Origin: Candidatus Moanibacter tarae | GTDB taxonomy: Bacteria > Verrucomicrobiota > Verrucomicrobiia > Opitutales > UBA2987 | NCBI GenBank assembly: GCA_003226295.1 | Contig: CP029803.1 | Location: forward strand, 1,481,477-1,545,476 | Direction of reading: 5' to 3' | DNA: 64,000 nucleotides | Shown here: positions 21,146 through 31,552 of the stretch, one piece after another | Numbering within the stretch: the stretch's first letter is position 1 | Layout: every line of letters begins with the position of its first letter | The notes under the pieces: model-generated | What the model was told of the DNA's origin: nothing | What the model saw: only the letters and a program-made list of their open reading frames with translations | The model's database searches: none | Made by a program: the position numbers and the translations under genes

Positions 21146-22459
21146 TTGCATCTCCCAACCTTCATTAATCATTTTTGCACTATGAAGCTGGAATGGATCC
21201 TCTATTTTCTTCTCGTCCTCTGGTCCCTCCAGGGATTCTACGGCTGGTTGAATCTTTGGCTTTATCGAACTCGAATGCGTATTCAGGATGAAGAACTTGA
21301 TCAACCACTAGGATCCCCCCCTCTTCCAGCAATACTAATGGCTCCGATGAAAGGAATTCGGCATAATTTTGAATTCTATATAAACGGTCTCCTCAATCAG
21401 GACTATCCGGATTACCATCTAGTATTTACCATTGAATCGACTAATGACCCCCTGTATCTAAGGCTTAGAACCAGGTTGGGGTTAACAGATGAAATACTGC
21501 TTTGGTCTCCATATGCAGGACCGCCACCGGATGGGTCATCTGTACAAGTTAGTCCAGGTCTGCGGAAAATCCAACTCATAGTGGTTGGTCTTTGCTATGA
21601 GGGCTCACAGAAAGTACACAATCAGCTAAGAGCTCTTCAAGAACTGAGAGAAGAGGACCGTCTGATTGCCGCCTCTGACGCTGACATTAATCCTCCTCAA
21701 AACATGCTATCTCGTTTACTGAAACCGCTTAATCAAGGTACTCACGTCGCCGCTACAGGCTATCGCTGGTTGATTCCCCTCAACCGCCATTTCGGGATGT
21801 GGACTGCTTCCGTGGTAAATTCTTCGGTAGCAACCATGGGAGGTCCTGAGTGGTGTAACCTAATGTGGGGGGGGGCCCACGCTCTCACCCGTGAAGCCCA
21901 CGAGGAGATCGGAATGACTGAGAAACTCAAGGGAGCCTTCAATGACGATCTTCAAACAGCTCACCACGTCCGATATAAAGGAAATAAAATCGCCTATATT
22001 CGCTCCCTTATGCTTCCGAGCTTGGAAAAATACAACTGGATAACCATGTTCGAGTTCGGATGGAGACAATATTTTCACGTCCGCATCTATGCTCCGTGGG
22101 CATGGTGGTCCACCCTAATAATAACGGCCCTATACATTTCTGGATCTGCTGCTGCCTGGGTGTCGCTGATCACCGGTGATTTCAAAATTCTACTGCCCAT
22201 TGGAATTGTCTTCCTTTTCAATCAAATGCGAGCTTCAGAACGGATCTCCCTCCAAAAGACTCTCTTTCCCGAGAAGGATTTGAATCGTCTCAAACCAACC
22301 TTCATTCTTGAAAAGTTTGGTACCTTTTTCTACATGACTGTCCATTTCCTCATGGTTTGTCGGTCCCGAATCGGGAACAAGGTTATCTGGTCTGGAGTAA
22401 TTTACAGAGTAAAGGGGAGGCAACAAGCAACAGTTGTGAGCAGATCTGATGAGTCGTAA
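21146..22459 (+). CDS. family-2-like glycosyltransferase (ceramide glucosyltransferase/HpnI-like, GT2/GT21)
   Basis: N-terminal TM helix, a D-x-D-like ASDADINP acidic motif, and a distal GWRQ/RW segment, the usual arrangement for GT2/GT21 membrane glycosyltransferases. The likely true start is the internal MKLEWIL at about 21182. Confidence 0.55.
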   Translation: MHLPTFINHFCTMKLEWILYFLLVLWSLQGFYGWLNLWLYRTRMRIQDEELDQPLGSPPLPAILMAPMKGIRHNFEFYINGLLNQDYPDYHLVFTIESTNDPLYLRLRTRLGLTDEILLWSPYAGPPPDGSSVQVSPGLRKIQLIVVGLCYEGSQKVHNQLRALQELREEDRLIAASDADINPPQNMLSRLLKPLNQGTHVAATGYRWLIPLNRHFGMWTASVVNSSVATMGGPEWCNLMWGGAHALTREAHEEIGMTEKLKGAFNDDLQTAHHVRYKGNKIAYIRSLMLPSLEKYNWITMFEFGWRQYFHVRIYAPWAWWSTLIITALYISGSAAAWVSLITGDFKILLPIGIVFLFNQMRASERISLQKTLFPEKDLNRLKPTFILEKFGTFFYMTVHFLMVCRSRIGNKVIWSGVIYRVKGRQQATVVSRSDES

Positions 22460-22671
22460 TTAGATAGAAACTTCAGGCACCCTGGATCTAAGTCGTGGCG
22501 TATTAGGAACACAAGTGAGTCACAGGGTTTTAGCCACTGTTACCCAAAGGCAACTCTGTCGGCTTATCTCTTGCTTATCCTCCCAAGCCAAATTTGTTTG
22601 GCACGGCCAACCTCATCTCGTAGTGATCCAGGCTTGAAACATCAACATTAGTGCATGAATCTCAAGGGACG

Positions 22672-23691
22672 ATGAAAAATTCGATAAATTCTCGGAAAAT
22701 TGGAGTAACCGAATTGGAGGTAACCTCCTTGGGCTTCGGCGCAGCCCCTATTGGAGATCTCTTCCAAAAGCTTGCCGAACCAGAAGCCGAATCCATTCTG
22801 AATGCTGCCTGGAACTCCGGCATCCGTTACTTCGATACTGCGCCCTTCTATGGCCATGGAAAGAGCGAGCTTAGAGTCGGCCAATTTCTTCGACAAAAGG
22901 ATCGGGACGAGTTCGTCCTCTCAACCAAAGTGGGCCGAGTGCTTCGCGCCCCCAAGGACCCCGCGAACTTCAAGTCAGATTTCTGGATCGATGCCATTTT
23001 TGATTTTCAATTCGACTATACCTATGACGGGGTGATGCGCTCCTTTGAGGATAGCCTACAACGCCTTGGACTCAATCGAATCGACGTATTGCTGATTCAT
23101 GATCTCGACCCCTGGTTCCATGGTCCAGACGTATTCAATGCATACTTTGGGCAACTTCTTTCGGGAGGTTACCAAGCTCTTCAAGATCTTAAAAATAGCG
23201 GTGCGATAAGAGCGTTCGGTGCCGGGGTAAACCTCCCTGGGACAATACCCAAGTTCCTGGACTCAATGGATCTCGATCTCTTCATAGTCGCTATGCCCTA
23301 TACCCTCCTTGACCAAGGTGCGCTGGATAGCGAGTTTCCACGATGTGCAGACCGCAGCGTTGGCATTGTCATCGGATCTCCCTTTGCCTCCGGCATACTC
23401 GCGACTGGTCCTATTGAAGGAGCTGTCTACGGTTACAAACCCGCCAGTCCGGAAATAATGGAAAAAACATGCCGCATAGCATCTGTTTGCAAAAAACATG
23501 GCGTCTCTCTTCGTTCGGCTGCAATGCAGTTTCCCCTCGCCCATCCAATCGTCGCTGCTATAATCCCGGGCTCAATCAAACCGGAATACCTCCCAACCAA
23601 TCGCGATGATTTTATCCGTGAGATCCCATCAGGCCTTTGGGACGAATTGAGAAAGGACGGTCTTATTAGGGAAGACGCCCCAACGCCCTAG
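22672..23691 (+). CDS. aldo/keto reductase
   Basis: LGFGAAPIGDLF N-terminal AKR motif, the (alpha/beta)8 pattern, and the C-terminal IPGSIKPEYL. The ATG at 22672 is preferred over the upstream GTG at 22651. Confidence 0.85.
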   Translation: MKNSINSRKIGVTELEVTSLGFGAAPIGDLFQKLAEPEAESILNAAWNSGIRYFDTAPFYGHGKSELRVGQFLRQKDRDEFVLSTKVGRVLRAPKDPANFKSDFWIDAIFDFQFDYTYDGVMRSFEDSLQRLGLNRIDVLLIHDLDPWFHGPDVFNAYFGQLLSGGYQALQDLKNSGAIRAFGAGVNLPGTIPKFLDSMDLDLFIVAMPYTLLDQGALDSEFPRCADRSVGIVIGSPFASGILATGPIEGAVYGYKPASPEIMEKTCRIASVCKKHGVSLRSAAMQFPLAHPIVAAIIPGSIKPEYLPTNRDDFIREIPSGLWDELRKDGLIREDAPTP

Positions 23692-24000
23692 GAAATCGGG
23701 TTTGCAACGATTCTTATGGGAAAAGTTATTCTGCCTACATTACACTGTTGAGTTACCTCGGGAATTTTTCAAATGGATCCTTTTTCGAATTCGGGTCCTT
23801 CACTCCAGTATTTGTACTCTCTTTCATTAAGCTAAGAACGAAAAAGAATTCCTATTCGAGGACAGAAGAAACGTAGATTAGCAAAACAAACCCACTGTAT
23901 ACGGGGGATGATTTCTATAGCTAACCAGTTCACATTTTGCGAATTCCAATGGCATAGTTGCTTAGAGGAACGTGAACGCTTCTCTCCGACGATACTCAGG

Positions 24001-25383
24001 TCAGAATTCCGCGTTACCCGGAGTTCGGGGGAACGGAATGACATCCCGGATATTGGAAACACCAGTGACGAACATCAACATCCGGTCGAACCCGAGTCCG
24101 AAACCGCTGTGAGGAACCGTGCCGTAGCGCCGGAGGTCTAGATACCACCAGTAGTCCGTCTTGTCGATTTCATGCCGATCCATGTTTTCCTCGAGCAGAT
24201 CGAGTCGTTCCTCACGCTGACTGCCACCAATTAATTCTCCGATGCCAGGAACAAGGACATCCATGGCTCGAACTGTCTTCTCATCGTCATTTACCCTCAT
24301 GTAAAAGGGCTTTGAGGCACGGGGGAAATCATAGATTGAAACCGGAGATTCAAAGTGTTCTTCAGTAAGATATCGCTCGTGCTCGGATTGCAAATTACCT
24401 TCCTCCTCAATTGGATATTCGAAGGTCTTGTTGGAGGCCTTCAGAACCTCGATCGCCTCAGCATGAGAAACTCGGAGGAAGGGCCTCTCTGAAACAAACC
24501 GCAGACGTTCTCTCAAACCCCTATCAACGTAGCGCTCAAAAAGGACCAGGTCATCAGCGCAATTCTCTACAACATCATCAACCAGGAATTTAACGAATTC
24601 CTCTGCCAACTTGATATTCCCCTCTAAATCGCAAAAAGCCATCTCCGGTTCAATCATCCAAAATTCACTTGCATGGCGTGATGTGTTTGAATTTTCCGCC
24701 CGAAAAGTAGGTCCAAAGGAATAGACGTTTGAGAGAGAGAGGGCAAAAGCCTCCACTCCAAATTGGCCGCTTACGGTAAGATAGGTTGGCCGAGAAAAAA
24801 AATCCTTTGCATCATTAACTTCCCCTTTTTCAATAGGGAGAGCAGCCGAGTCCAAAGACGTTACTTGGAAAAGTTCACCCGCGCCCTCACAGTCGCTCGA
24901 AGTAATTATCGGAGTGTGGACATAAATAAATTTCCGATCTTGGAAGAATCTATGCACAGCATAAGAAAGATGATTGCGGATACGGAACACGCACCCAAAA
25001 AAATTAGAACGAGGTCGGAGGTGCGCAATCTCTCTGAGATATTCATTACTATGTCGCTTCTTCTGAAGTGGATACGATTCTTCCGCCTTCCCAATCAACT
25101 TAACCGTCTCTGCTTTAATCTCCCATCTCTGTCCCTTGCCCTCAGACTCAACAAGACTCCCTTTTACCGCAACTGCCGAACCCGTGCTAATCGAAACTGA
25201 TTTGGCACCCTCAAGAAGGGAGGACTCAACGATAACTTGAATGTTCTTAAGGCAGGTACCGTCGTTAACTTCAACAAATGAGAGTTCTTTCGTATCACGG
25301 CGAGTACGCACCCAGCCTTGTATCAATACTGAGTCGATTTCTGAGTCACTTCTCAGAGCATCAATAATTCGCGTCCTTCGCAT
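24001..25383 (-). CDS. asnS: asparagine--tRNA ligase
   Basis: N-terminal OB anticodon-binding domain (VLIQGWVRTRRDTKELSFVEVNDG), class II motifs, and the C-terminal IPFPRTPG. 460 aa. Confidence 0.88.
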   Translation of the reverse strand: MRRTRIIDALRSDSEIDSVLIQGWVRTRRDTKELSFVEVNDGTCLKNIQVIVESSLLEGAKSVSISTGSAVAVKGSLVESEGKGQRWEIKAETVKLIGKAEESYPLQKKRHSNEYLREIAHLRPRSNFFGCVFRIRNHLSYAVHRFFQDRKFIYVHTPIITSSDCEGAGELFQVTSLDSAALPIEKGEVNDAKDFFSRPTYLTVSGQFGVEAFALSLSNVYSFGPTFRAENSNTSRHASEFWMIEPEMAFCDLEGNIKLAEEFVKFLVDDVVENCADDLVLFERYVDRGLRERLRFVSERPFLRVSHAEAIEVLKASNKTFEYPIEEEGNLQSEHERYLTEEHFESPVSIYDFPRASKPFYMRVNDDEKTVRAMDVLVPGIGELIGGSQREERLDLLEENMDRHEIDKTDYWWYLDLRRYGTVPHSGFGLGFDRMLMFVTGVSNIRDVIPFPRTPGNAEF

Positions 25384-25929
25384 TACACAAGCAATCTACC
25401 TATAGGGAATTCATATTTTAATCTTTATCGAATCAAAAAATCTAACGTACTCCTAGCATAATCATGCCATATTTTTAGAAGGCTAAAACACGAGAATGTT
25501 GTTAAAAAAAGAACTACACCCGACAATTATTTAAAAATCTACATTCATAGGCGAAAGAGCCGACATTATTGTTAAATTTCAGTTCTCGTAAGGAACAACT
25601 TCACAAATTTCAATATGCAAACTGCAAACAGAACACACTATCATCCGTTTTGTTGCTCCAGAAATAATTTGATTCAAAATGAACTGGCTATCAGCTGATC
25701 CAATCTGCCTGCAATTATTCTATTCACTACCCTATTCCGAGCAGACAACGTACCTTTATGAAGAGAGAAATAGCATGATCGACAATATCCCGACTGAAGA
25801 AAATATAACCATAATCTCGAAAAACATGGAATATCTCCATCCTTGCATTGTGTTTTGCATCTATTAGTTGTGATTGAGTCCAACCGTCCTGGACGTATCA
25901 GATAGGATAGAACCCATCACGGACATATA

Positions 25930-27138
25930 ATGAGATTCCGACAAAGCTCCAATCTTCGATTATACAAATATAAAAGCTGGGCCTTTATTCTCCTTATCCT
26001 TGTCCTCGCCAACGGTCGGCTTCTTTCAAAGGCAAGAGATATTGGGATACCTTTTGAAGGGAATCCCGGAAGTTTGAACGCTATTACCGACGTCAGCGGC
26101 GTGACCGTAGGTCACAGCACGATCGTGAAAGGTCAAGGACAGCTGAGAGTAGGCAAGGGGCCCGTGCGTACAGGAGTTACGGCAATTTTTCCGTTAGGAT
26201 CTATAACTTTAACGGAACCAGTTTTTGCCGGAATTTCTGCTCTAAATGGAAATGGGGAAGTAACAGGGGCAGCATGGGTGGAAGAGTCGGGCTTTCTGGA
26301 AGGTCCCATCCTCATCACTAACACCCACAGCGTTGGCATGACTCATCATTCGGTAATCTCCTGGCGTACTCGGCAAGCGGGGCCAGACTCGACTGGATAC
26401 TGGTGGTCCCTTCCAGTAGTCGCGGAGACTTGGGATGGACACCTCAATGATATAAATGGGTTTCACGTTAGAGAGCGACACGTCTACGAAGCACTTGAAT
26501 CGGCTCGAGGGGGGCCTGTTGCCGAGGGGAATGTGGGCGGGGGAACCGGTATGGTTTCTTACGAATTTAAGGGAGGTATTGGAACTTCGTCCCGAATTTT
26601 TAAGGTTGAAAAAGAGTTCTATACAGTTGGGGTTCTGGTCCAAGCGAATTGTGGCAGACGTGGACAGCTTCTCATCGCTGGGATACCTGTGGGACGGGAA
26701 ATTTCTGAATATACTTTCAAAAAGAGGTCCAACCCGAAGCCTCCCCAGCAAAACAGTTCGATCATTATCGTTATCGCAACCGATGCACCCCTTCTTCCTC
26801 ATCAACTCAAGCGGGTAGCTCGGAGAGCATCGCTTGGACTCGCCCGAACTGGAAGCACTTCGGCTAATGGATCCGGGGATTTCTTTATCGCCTTCTCCAT
26901 CAAGCCAATTCATAAACTGAAGAATTCCTCGCTGGAATCGGCAGATATGGTACCTAATAGACTTTTGAACCCATTATTTACTGCGACAGTTCAAGCTACA
27001 GAAGAGGCTATCATCAATGCCCTTGTGGCCGCAGAGACTATGGAAGGAAGGGATAATCACAGGATTATCGCCCTTCCCCACAAACGTCTTAAAGAGATTC
27101 TTCAGAAGCATAACCGCCTTAGACCGAAACAGAAATGA
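25930..27138 (+). CDS. DmpA/ArgJ-fold L-aminopeptidase/D-esterase (peptidase S58 family)
   Basis: NAITDVSGVTVGHSTI and the downstream Gly-rich region are characteristic of DmpA-family self-processing aminopeptidases. N-terminal TM or signal segment. Confidence 0.7.
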   Translation: MRFRQSSNLRLYKYKSWAFILLILVLANGRLLSKARDIGIPFEGNPGSLNAITDVSGVTVGHSTIVKGQGQLRVGKGPVRTGVTAIFPLGSITLTEPVFAGISALNGNGEVTGAAWVEESGFLEGPILITNTHSVGMTHHSVISWRTRQAGPDSTGYWWSLPVVAETWDGHLNDINGFHVRERHVYEALESARGGPVAEGNVGGGTGMVSYEFKGGIGTSSRIFKVEKEFYTVGVLVQANCGRRGQLLIAGIPVGREISEYTFKKRSNPKPPQQNSSIIIVIATDAPLLPHQLKRVARRASLGLARTGSTSANGSGDFFIAFSIKPIHKLKNSSLESADMVPNRLLNPLFTATVQATEEAIINALVAAETMEGRDNHRIIALPHKRLKEILQKHNRLRPKQK

Positions 27139-27300
27139 ATGCCCTAAACACACTTTATTCTTGTCCGACTTCCCTCAGGATTGTATGCATTAGTACCATA
27201 AATTGTGGTTAGAGTAAGTAACAACTGAAATTCCCTTGCCACTGTAGATCCGAACCCTAGGACCTGCCTACCAAAACCAGATCTAAAAAAAGGCGAAAAA

Positions 27301-27537
27301 ATGTCAGAACCAAAAATTGCTCAGACCAGGCCTTTCGTTCAAAAAATGGACCCCGGCACCTATTATTGGTGCCGCTGCGGCTACTCCAATAAACAACCTT
27401 TCTGCGATGGGGCTCACAAAGGAACCGAGTTCTCGCCAATTGAAGTTGTTATCGATGAGCCGAAAGTCGTGGCCTTCTGCGGCTGCAAGCTCTCCTCCGA
27501 TAATCCTCACTGCGACGGAACACACAGTACACTTTAG
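27301..27537 (+). CDS. CDGSH iron-sulfur domain protein (two CDGSH motifs)
   Basis: CRCGYSNKQPFCDGAH and CGCKLSSDNPHCDGTH, two copies of the C-x-C-x(5-6)-P-x-C-D-G-x-H 2Fe-2S motif in 78 aa. Confidence 0.85.
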   Translation: MSEPKIAQTRPFVQKMDPGTYYWCRCGYSNKQPFCDGAHKGTEFSPIEVVIDEPKVVAFCGCKLSSDNPHCDGTHSTL

Positions 27538-27661
27538 GGTTCAGTTGGCAAGGAATCCTCATTCCCGCATTCTTCCATTTTTAATGTCCAATGGAAACCC
27601 ACGAAAAGAGGTTTTGCCTTGTACAGTCTAATATATTGAGAAGCATATTTTACGAAAAACA

Positions 27662-28000
27662 ATGAGCAGTAATACAGTCGAAATAACTGAAGCTAATTTT
27701 GAAGAGCAGGTTGGGAATTCTGAGATTCCGGTGCTTGTCGATTTCTGGGCAGAATGGTGTGGTCCTTGTAAAATGATTGCACCGGTTCTTGAGGAAGTAG
27801 CAAAAGAAAGATCGGAATTGGTTAAAATAGGGAAAGTTAACGTAGATCATAGCACTACCCTAGCCAGTCGCTTTGAAATTCAAGCTATACCTACTATGTT
27901 AATTTTCAACAGCGGTGAGGTAAAAGAGCAGATTGTCGGTTTTACTAGTAAAGAAGCGATTCTAGAAAAAATCGATCAAGCCATTCAGTCGGATTCCTAG
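27662..28000 (+). CDS. trxA: thioredoxin
   Basis: WAEWCGPCK active site, 112 aa. Confidence 0.9.
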   Translation: MSSNTVEITEANFEEQVGNSEIPVLVDFWAEWCGPCKMIAPVLEEVAKERSELVKIGKVNVDHSTTLASRFEIQAIPTMLIFNSGEVKEQIVGFTSKEAILEKIDQAIQSDS

Positions 28001-28149
28001 GGGCAGGCTTTCGGAAATCCAGGCACGTTTGTTTTGGATTGTCTTGGGAGATGGTATTACAAACCGACCGACCTCAGATTAGACTTTTGCTCGTACGCGT
28101 TTAACAAACGGTGCAATCCCAGGGTTTTCGGTAATAACCGTCGAACTCG

Positions 28150-28860
28150 ATGACACCCGAACCCAAATCAAACAAGGAGCATAATAACCATCTAGGGGTC
28201 GCTATTCTTGCCGCCGGACAATCAACACGGATGGGCAAACAGAAACTCCTCTTGCCCTGGTGTAATTCGACGATTCTTGGCCATCTGATCACACTCTATA
28301 GAACTCTTCCAACGTCACAAATCACAGCTGTTTACACTAGGGGTAATTCTGCCGTAAGGAATGAACTCGAACGGAATGCAATTCCCTCACCAAATTGGAT
28401 TGAGAATCCGAAGATCTCGCCAGAAATGTACAGTTCAGTACTTTGTGCGATCCGTTGGAAAGGATGGTCTAACCGGATCACACACATCGCTATTGTTCTC
28501 GGCGATCAGCCACAGATTAGAAAGGCTACTATTTTTCAACTCACCCAATTTTCCAGGAAGAACCCTGAATCTATCTGCCAGCCTCAATATAAGGAGAAAC
28601 GCTGTCACCCTGTAATTTTGCCCCTATCAACCGCTCGCTCTATGGCTTCTCGGAACTTTATTCACCTAAAAGAAGCCCTTGAAGCCTATAAGCACCTTAT
28701 TCTTCCATTTCCATCTCAAGACTCAGGCCTGATAAATGACATCGATACTCCAAAAGACTACTTAGAGCAACGAACCCTGCACGGTATGAGTAAACAGAAT
28801 GGCCAGGAAACAGAGATACACGGAGAGCATTGCTCAAGAGACAGTAAAGGACCTTGTTAG
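28150..28860 (+). CDS. MobA-like NTP-transferase domain protein (molybdenum cofactor cytidylyl/guanylyltransferase-like)
   Basis: GVAILAAGQSTRMGKQKLLLPW, the N-terminal nucleotide-binding signature of the MobA/MocA family. Confidence 0.6.
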   Translation: MTPEPKSNKEHNNHLGVAILAAGQSTRMGKQKLLLPWCNSTILGHLITLYRTLPTSQITAVYTRGNSAVRNELERNAIPSPNWIENPKISPEMYSSVLCAIRWKGWSNRITHIAIVLGDQPQIRKATIFQLTQFSRKNPESICQPQYKEKRCHPVILPLSTARSMASRNFIHLKEALEAYKHLILPFPSQDSGLINDIDTPKDYLEQRTLHGMSKQNGQETEIHGEHCSRDSKGPC

Positions 28861-28987
28861 TGACTCTGTAAGTGAAGTGTCGGCCATCTACCGATTCGGA
28901 AAGGGCCACTTAACAAACCCACTCAGGTTGCTTTTCTTCAGGTGAGATCTAATCCCTTAAAGCCTCAAGGATGCGCTCCATTTGTCC

Positions 28988-30664
28988 CTATCGGTTTAGT
29001 CCCATTAGAAATTCTGCATTGGTCTTCGTCTTCTTAACTCGTTGGATAAGCATCTCCATAGCCTCTGTGGAAGGAACCCCCTTCATTACTCGACGCAAAG
29101 AATAGATTTTATTCATCTCATCCAGATGATAGAGAAGCTCCTCCTTTCGCGTCCCACTTCGTTCCAAATTAATTGCTGGATACATCCGTTTGTCGACCAA
29201 AGCCCGATCCAAATGCAGCTCCATATTCCCGGTTCCTTTGAATTCCTCAAATATCACTTCGTCCATCCGACTGCCGGTCTCAATCAAGGCGGTTCCAATA
29301 ATGGTCAAACTCCCTCCTCCTTCGATATTACGAGCCGAGCCAAAAAATCTTTTTGGCTTTTGGAGTGCACTCGCTTCCACTCCTCCCGAGAGAATTTTAC
29401 CACTACTGGGGCGAAGAGTATTGTATGCTCTCGCCAGCCGGGTAATAGAATCGAGCAGAACAACGACATCTCGCGAATCTTCCACCATTCTCCGGGATTT
29501 TTCGATCACCATCTCTGCAGCATGCACGTGGCTCTCGGCCGATTGATCGAAAGTCGAGCTCACAACCTCGCCTACAACCTGCCGCTTAAAATCCGTGACC
29601 TCCTCTGGCCGCTCATCAACGAGTAGGACAATAAGGTGAACATCCGGGTTGTTCAATGCGATGGCATTCGCAATACATTGAAGGAGTACTGTTTTCCCAG
29701 TCCTCGGTGGTGCAACGATAAGCCCCCTTTGCCCCAAGCCGATCGGAGTCAGTAAATCAACGATACGCATTGAGAGGTTGTCCCAGCCTACATCGGAATT
29801 ACTCTCCAGAAGAATGCGCTCAAGCGGATAATAGGGGATCAGGTCCTCAAACGGCGCTACCCCCTGATTTTTCGCCATTGCATCATCCATAACCGAGATT
29901 AACTTGATGACGAAAGGGCAGCTCTCCCCTTCCCGATGGGGATGCACTTGGGTATCTAGGATCTGTCCTCTTTTCAGCCCATATTGCTTAATTAAGCCAG
30001 CTGACACAAAGGCACTGTAGGGCCGTATACGATAGTTATCATTTTCGAAGACAATCAGCCCAAATCCCTGATCCGTAATCTCTAATACTCCTCTCATCAC
30101 AATTGGCACTCGGCGCTCGAACCCTGTTCGAATCACCTCATCGATCAGCATGTTCCGATTGGGAACTCCATTTGTCGAAACTCCAAGTGCCTTAGCCTCC
30201 TCCACCAATTCCACAAGAGACATGTTCAAAAGTGGAGTCACCAGAAGTGGACTCCCCCCGGTCGAATGCTCCTGTGACAAGATTTCCATCTCTTCCAGGT
30301 TGCTTAGGAAGTCATATCCGGTCAGATTGCCAATATTTGTTCCAATCCCATTTTCAATCTCTTGCAGGCCGCGCTGCGGACGTCCGCGAGGCTTCCTCTT
30401 TTGCTTCTTTCTTGGCATCAACGACCGGTTATTAGGCGATCTCCTTTCTCCTGACTGCCCTCGTGATCCTCTTCTGTTTCCCTCATTCGTATTTCTACGA
30501 CCCTTCGCTGTATCTCCACCTAGCCTCCTGTGATTTTCGCGTTGTTCTCCTTTCTGATCACTTATAACGGGCTCCTCGGAAGGAGTATTCGTTGAGATTA
30601 CATTCCTTCCAGAATCGGATTCGAGGACAACTTCCTCTTTGTTGCTTTCTTCGTTATTCGACAT
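28988..30664 (-). CDS. rho: transcription termination factor Rho with Arg/Gly-rich N-terminal extension
   Basis: RecA-type core with the Walker A motif APPRTGKT, plus Q- and R-loop regions ([31 protein letters not shown]). About 110 disordered RG/K-rich residues precede the Rho N-terminal RNA-binding domain. Confidence 0.92.
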   Translation of the reverse strand: MSNNEESNKEEVVLESDSGRNVISTNTPSEEPVISDQKGEQRENHRRLGGDTAKGRRNTNEGNRRGSRGQSGERRSPNNRSLMPRKKQKRKPRGRPQRGLQEIENGIGTNIGNLTGYDFLSNLEEMEILSQEHSTGGSPLLVTPLLNMSLVELVEEAKALGVSTNGVPNRNMLIDEVIRTGFERRVPIVMRGVLEITDQGFGLIVFENDNYRIRPYSAFVSAGLIKQYGLKRGQILDTQVHPHREGESCPFVIKLISVMDDAMAKNQGVAPFEDLIPYYPLERILLESNSDVGWDNLSMRIVDLLTPIGLGQRGLIVAPPRTGKTVLLQCIANAIALNNPDVHLIVLLVDERPEEVTDFKRQVVGEVVSSTFDQSAESHVHAAEMVIEKSRRMVEDSRDVVVLLDSITRLARAYNTLRPSSGKILSGGVEASALQKPKRFFGSARNIEGGGSLTIIGTALIETGSRMDEVIFEEFKGTGNMELHLDRALVDKRMYPAINLERSGTRKEELLYHLDEMNKIYSLRRVMKGVPSTEAMEMLIQRVKKTKTNAEFLMGLNR

Positions 30665-30743
30665 AGTAACGTCGCAGTAGGCATATCCTACTGCACTCTT
30701 TTTAGAATCTCCTTTTAATGGATTCGCCCAAGTTTGGGATTAC

Positions 30744-31331
30744 TCAACAAAGGAAAAATTCTGCCTTCAGTACTGAGACTTGCTCTAGTAAAAATTTAAC
30801 TGGTCCATTATTGGACAATACGAAATCTGAACGATTGAGTTTCTCTCTCAAGGGCAACTGTCGATCAATCCGCAGCTTTACCTGCTCGTCGGTAAACCCT
30901 TTAGCCCTCAATCTCGCTAACTGCAAAGACTGGCTTGCCGATACACAAACAGTAAAATCAAATAGTTTTTCAAGGTTTTTTTCGAACAAAAGAGGGATCT
31001 CTACAACCCAAAGAACCCTGGGCATTGCCCGAACATTTAATTCCCAGTGCTTCCTAACTAAGGGATGAAGGAGGGTTTCTAACCATTCAAGATCCCCCGC
31101 ACCGCCAAATACAATACTAGCAAGGTGCTTCCTGTCAACCTTTCCCCGTCTTCCGAAGATTCTTTCGCCAAACCGATCTCTAAGAGCACTCCTTACCAAT
31201 TTGTCCCCGTCAAGCAACTCCTTCACAACAGCATCAGAATCCACCGTTTTCGCCCCTTCGGACTCGAAGCCTGCAAGCGCGGTTGATTTTCCGCATCCAA
31301 TGCCTCCTGTTAGGCCGATAACCATTTTCAA
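30744..31331 (-). CDS. coaE: dephospho-CoA kinase
   Basis: MVIGLTGGIGCGKST P-loop and 195 aa. Immediately upstream of rho on the same strand. Confidence 0.85.
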   Translation of the reverse strand: MKMVIGLTGGIGCGKSTALAGFESEGAKTVDSDAVVKELLDGDKLVRSALRDRFGERIFGRRGKVDRKHLASIVFGGAGDLEWLETLLHPLVRKHWELNVRAMPRVLWVVEIPLLFEKNLEKLFDFTVCVSASQSLQLARLRAKGFTDEQVKLRIDRQLPLREKLNRSDFVLSNNGPVKFLLEQVSVLKAEFFLC

Positions 31332-31552
31332 ATGTCAGAAAATGTTTCCATCACAGGCCAATTTAATGTGGGGAAATTGTATCGTATAGGAATATGACAC
31401 GAAAAACGTGATTCAAATAGCAAACCTGAATTCAGAACTGCCATCTTGGAGATGGTTTTAGAAACCGAAAATCTCTTTTCGAGCTGCTATACAAACACAT
31501 CATACCTCTGGTCAACTTTACACCCGAGATTACGATCTCGGAGATCAACCTC

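Noticed and set aside
25674-25883. Overlapping 62- and 69-aa ORFs on opposite strands in the asnS/DmpA divergent spacer
   Set aside because: AT-rich region with mutually exclusive ORFs and no conserved-looking motifs. They are probably promoter DNA.
29042-30533. Plus-strand ORFs of 67-194 aa overlapping rho
   Set aside because: They are antisense to a highly conserved gene, compositionally biased, and have no start context. They are spurious.
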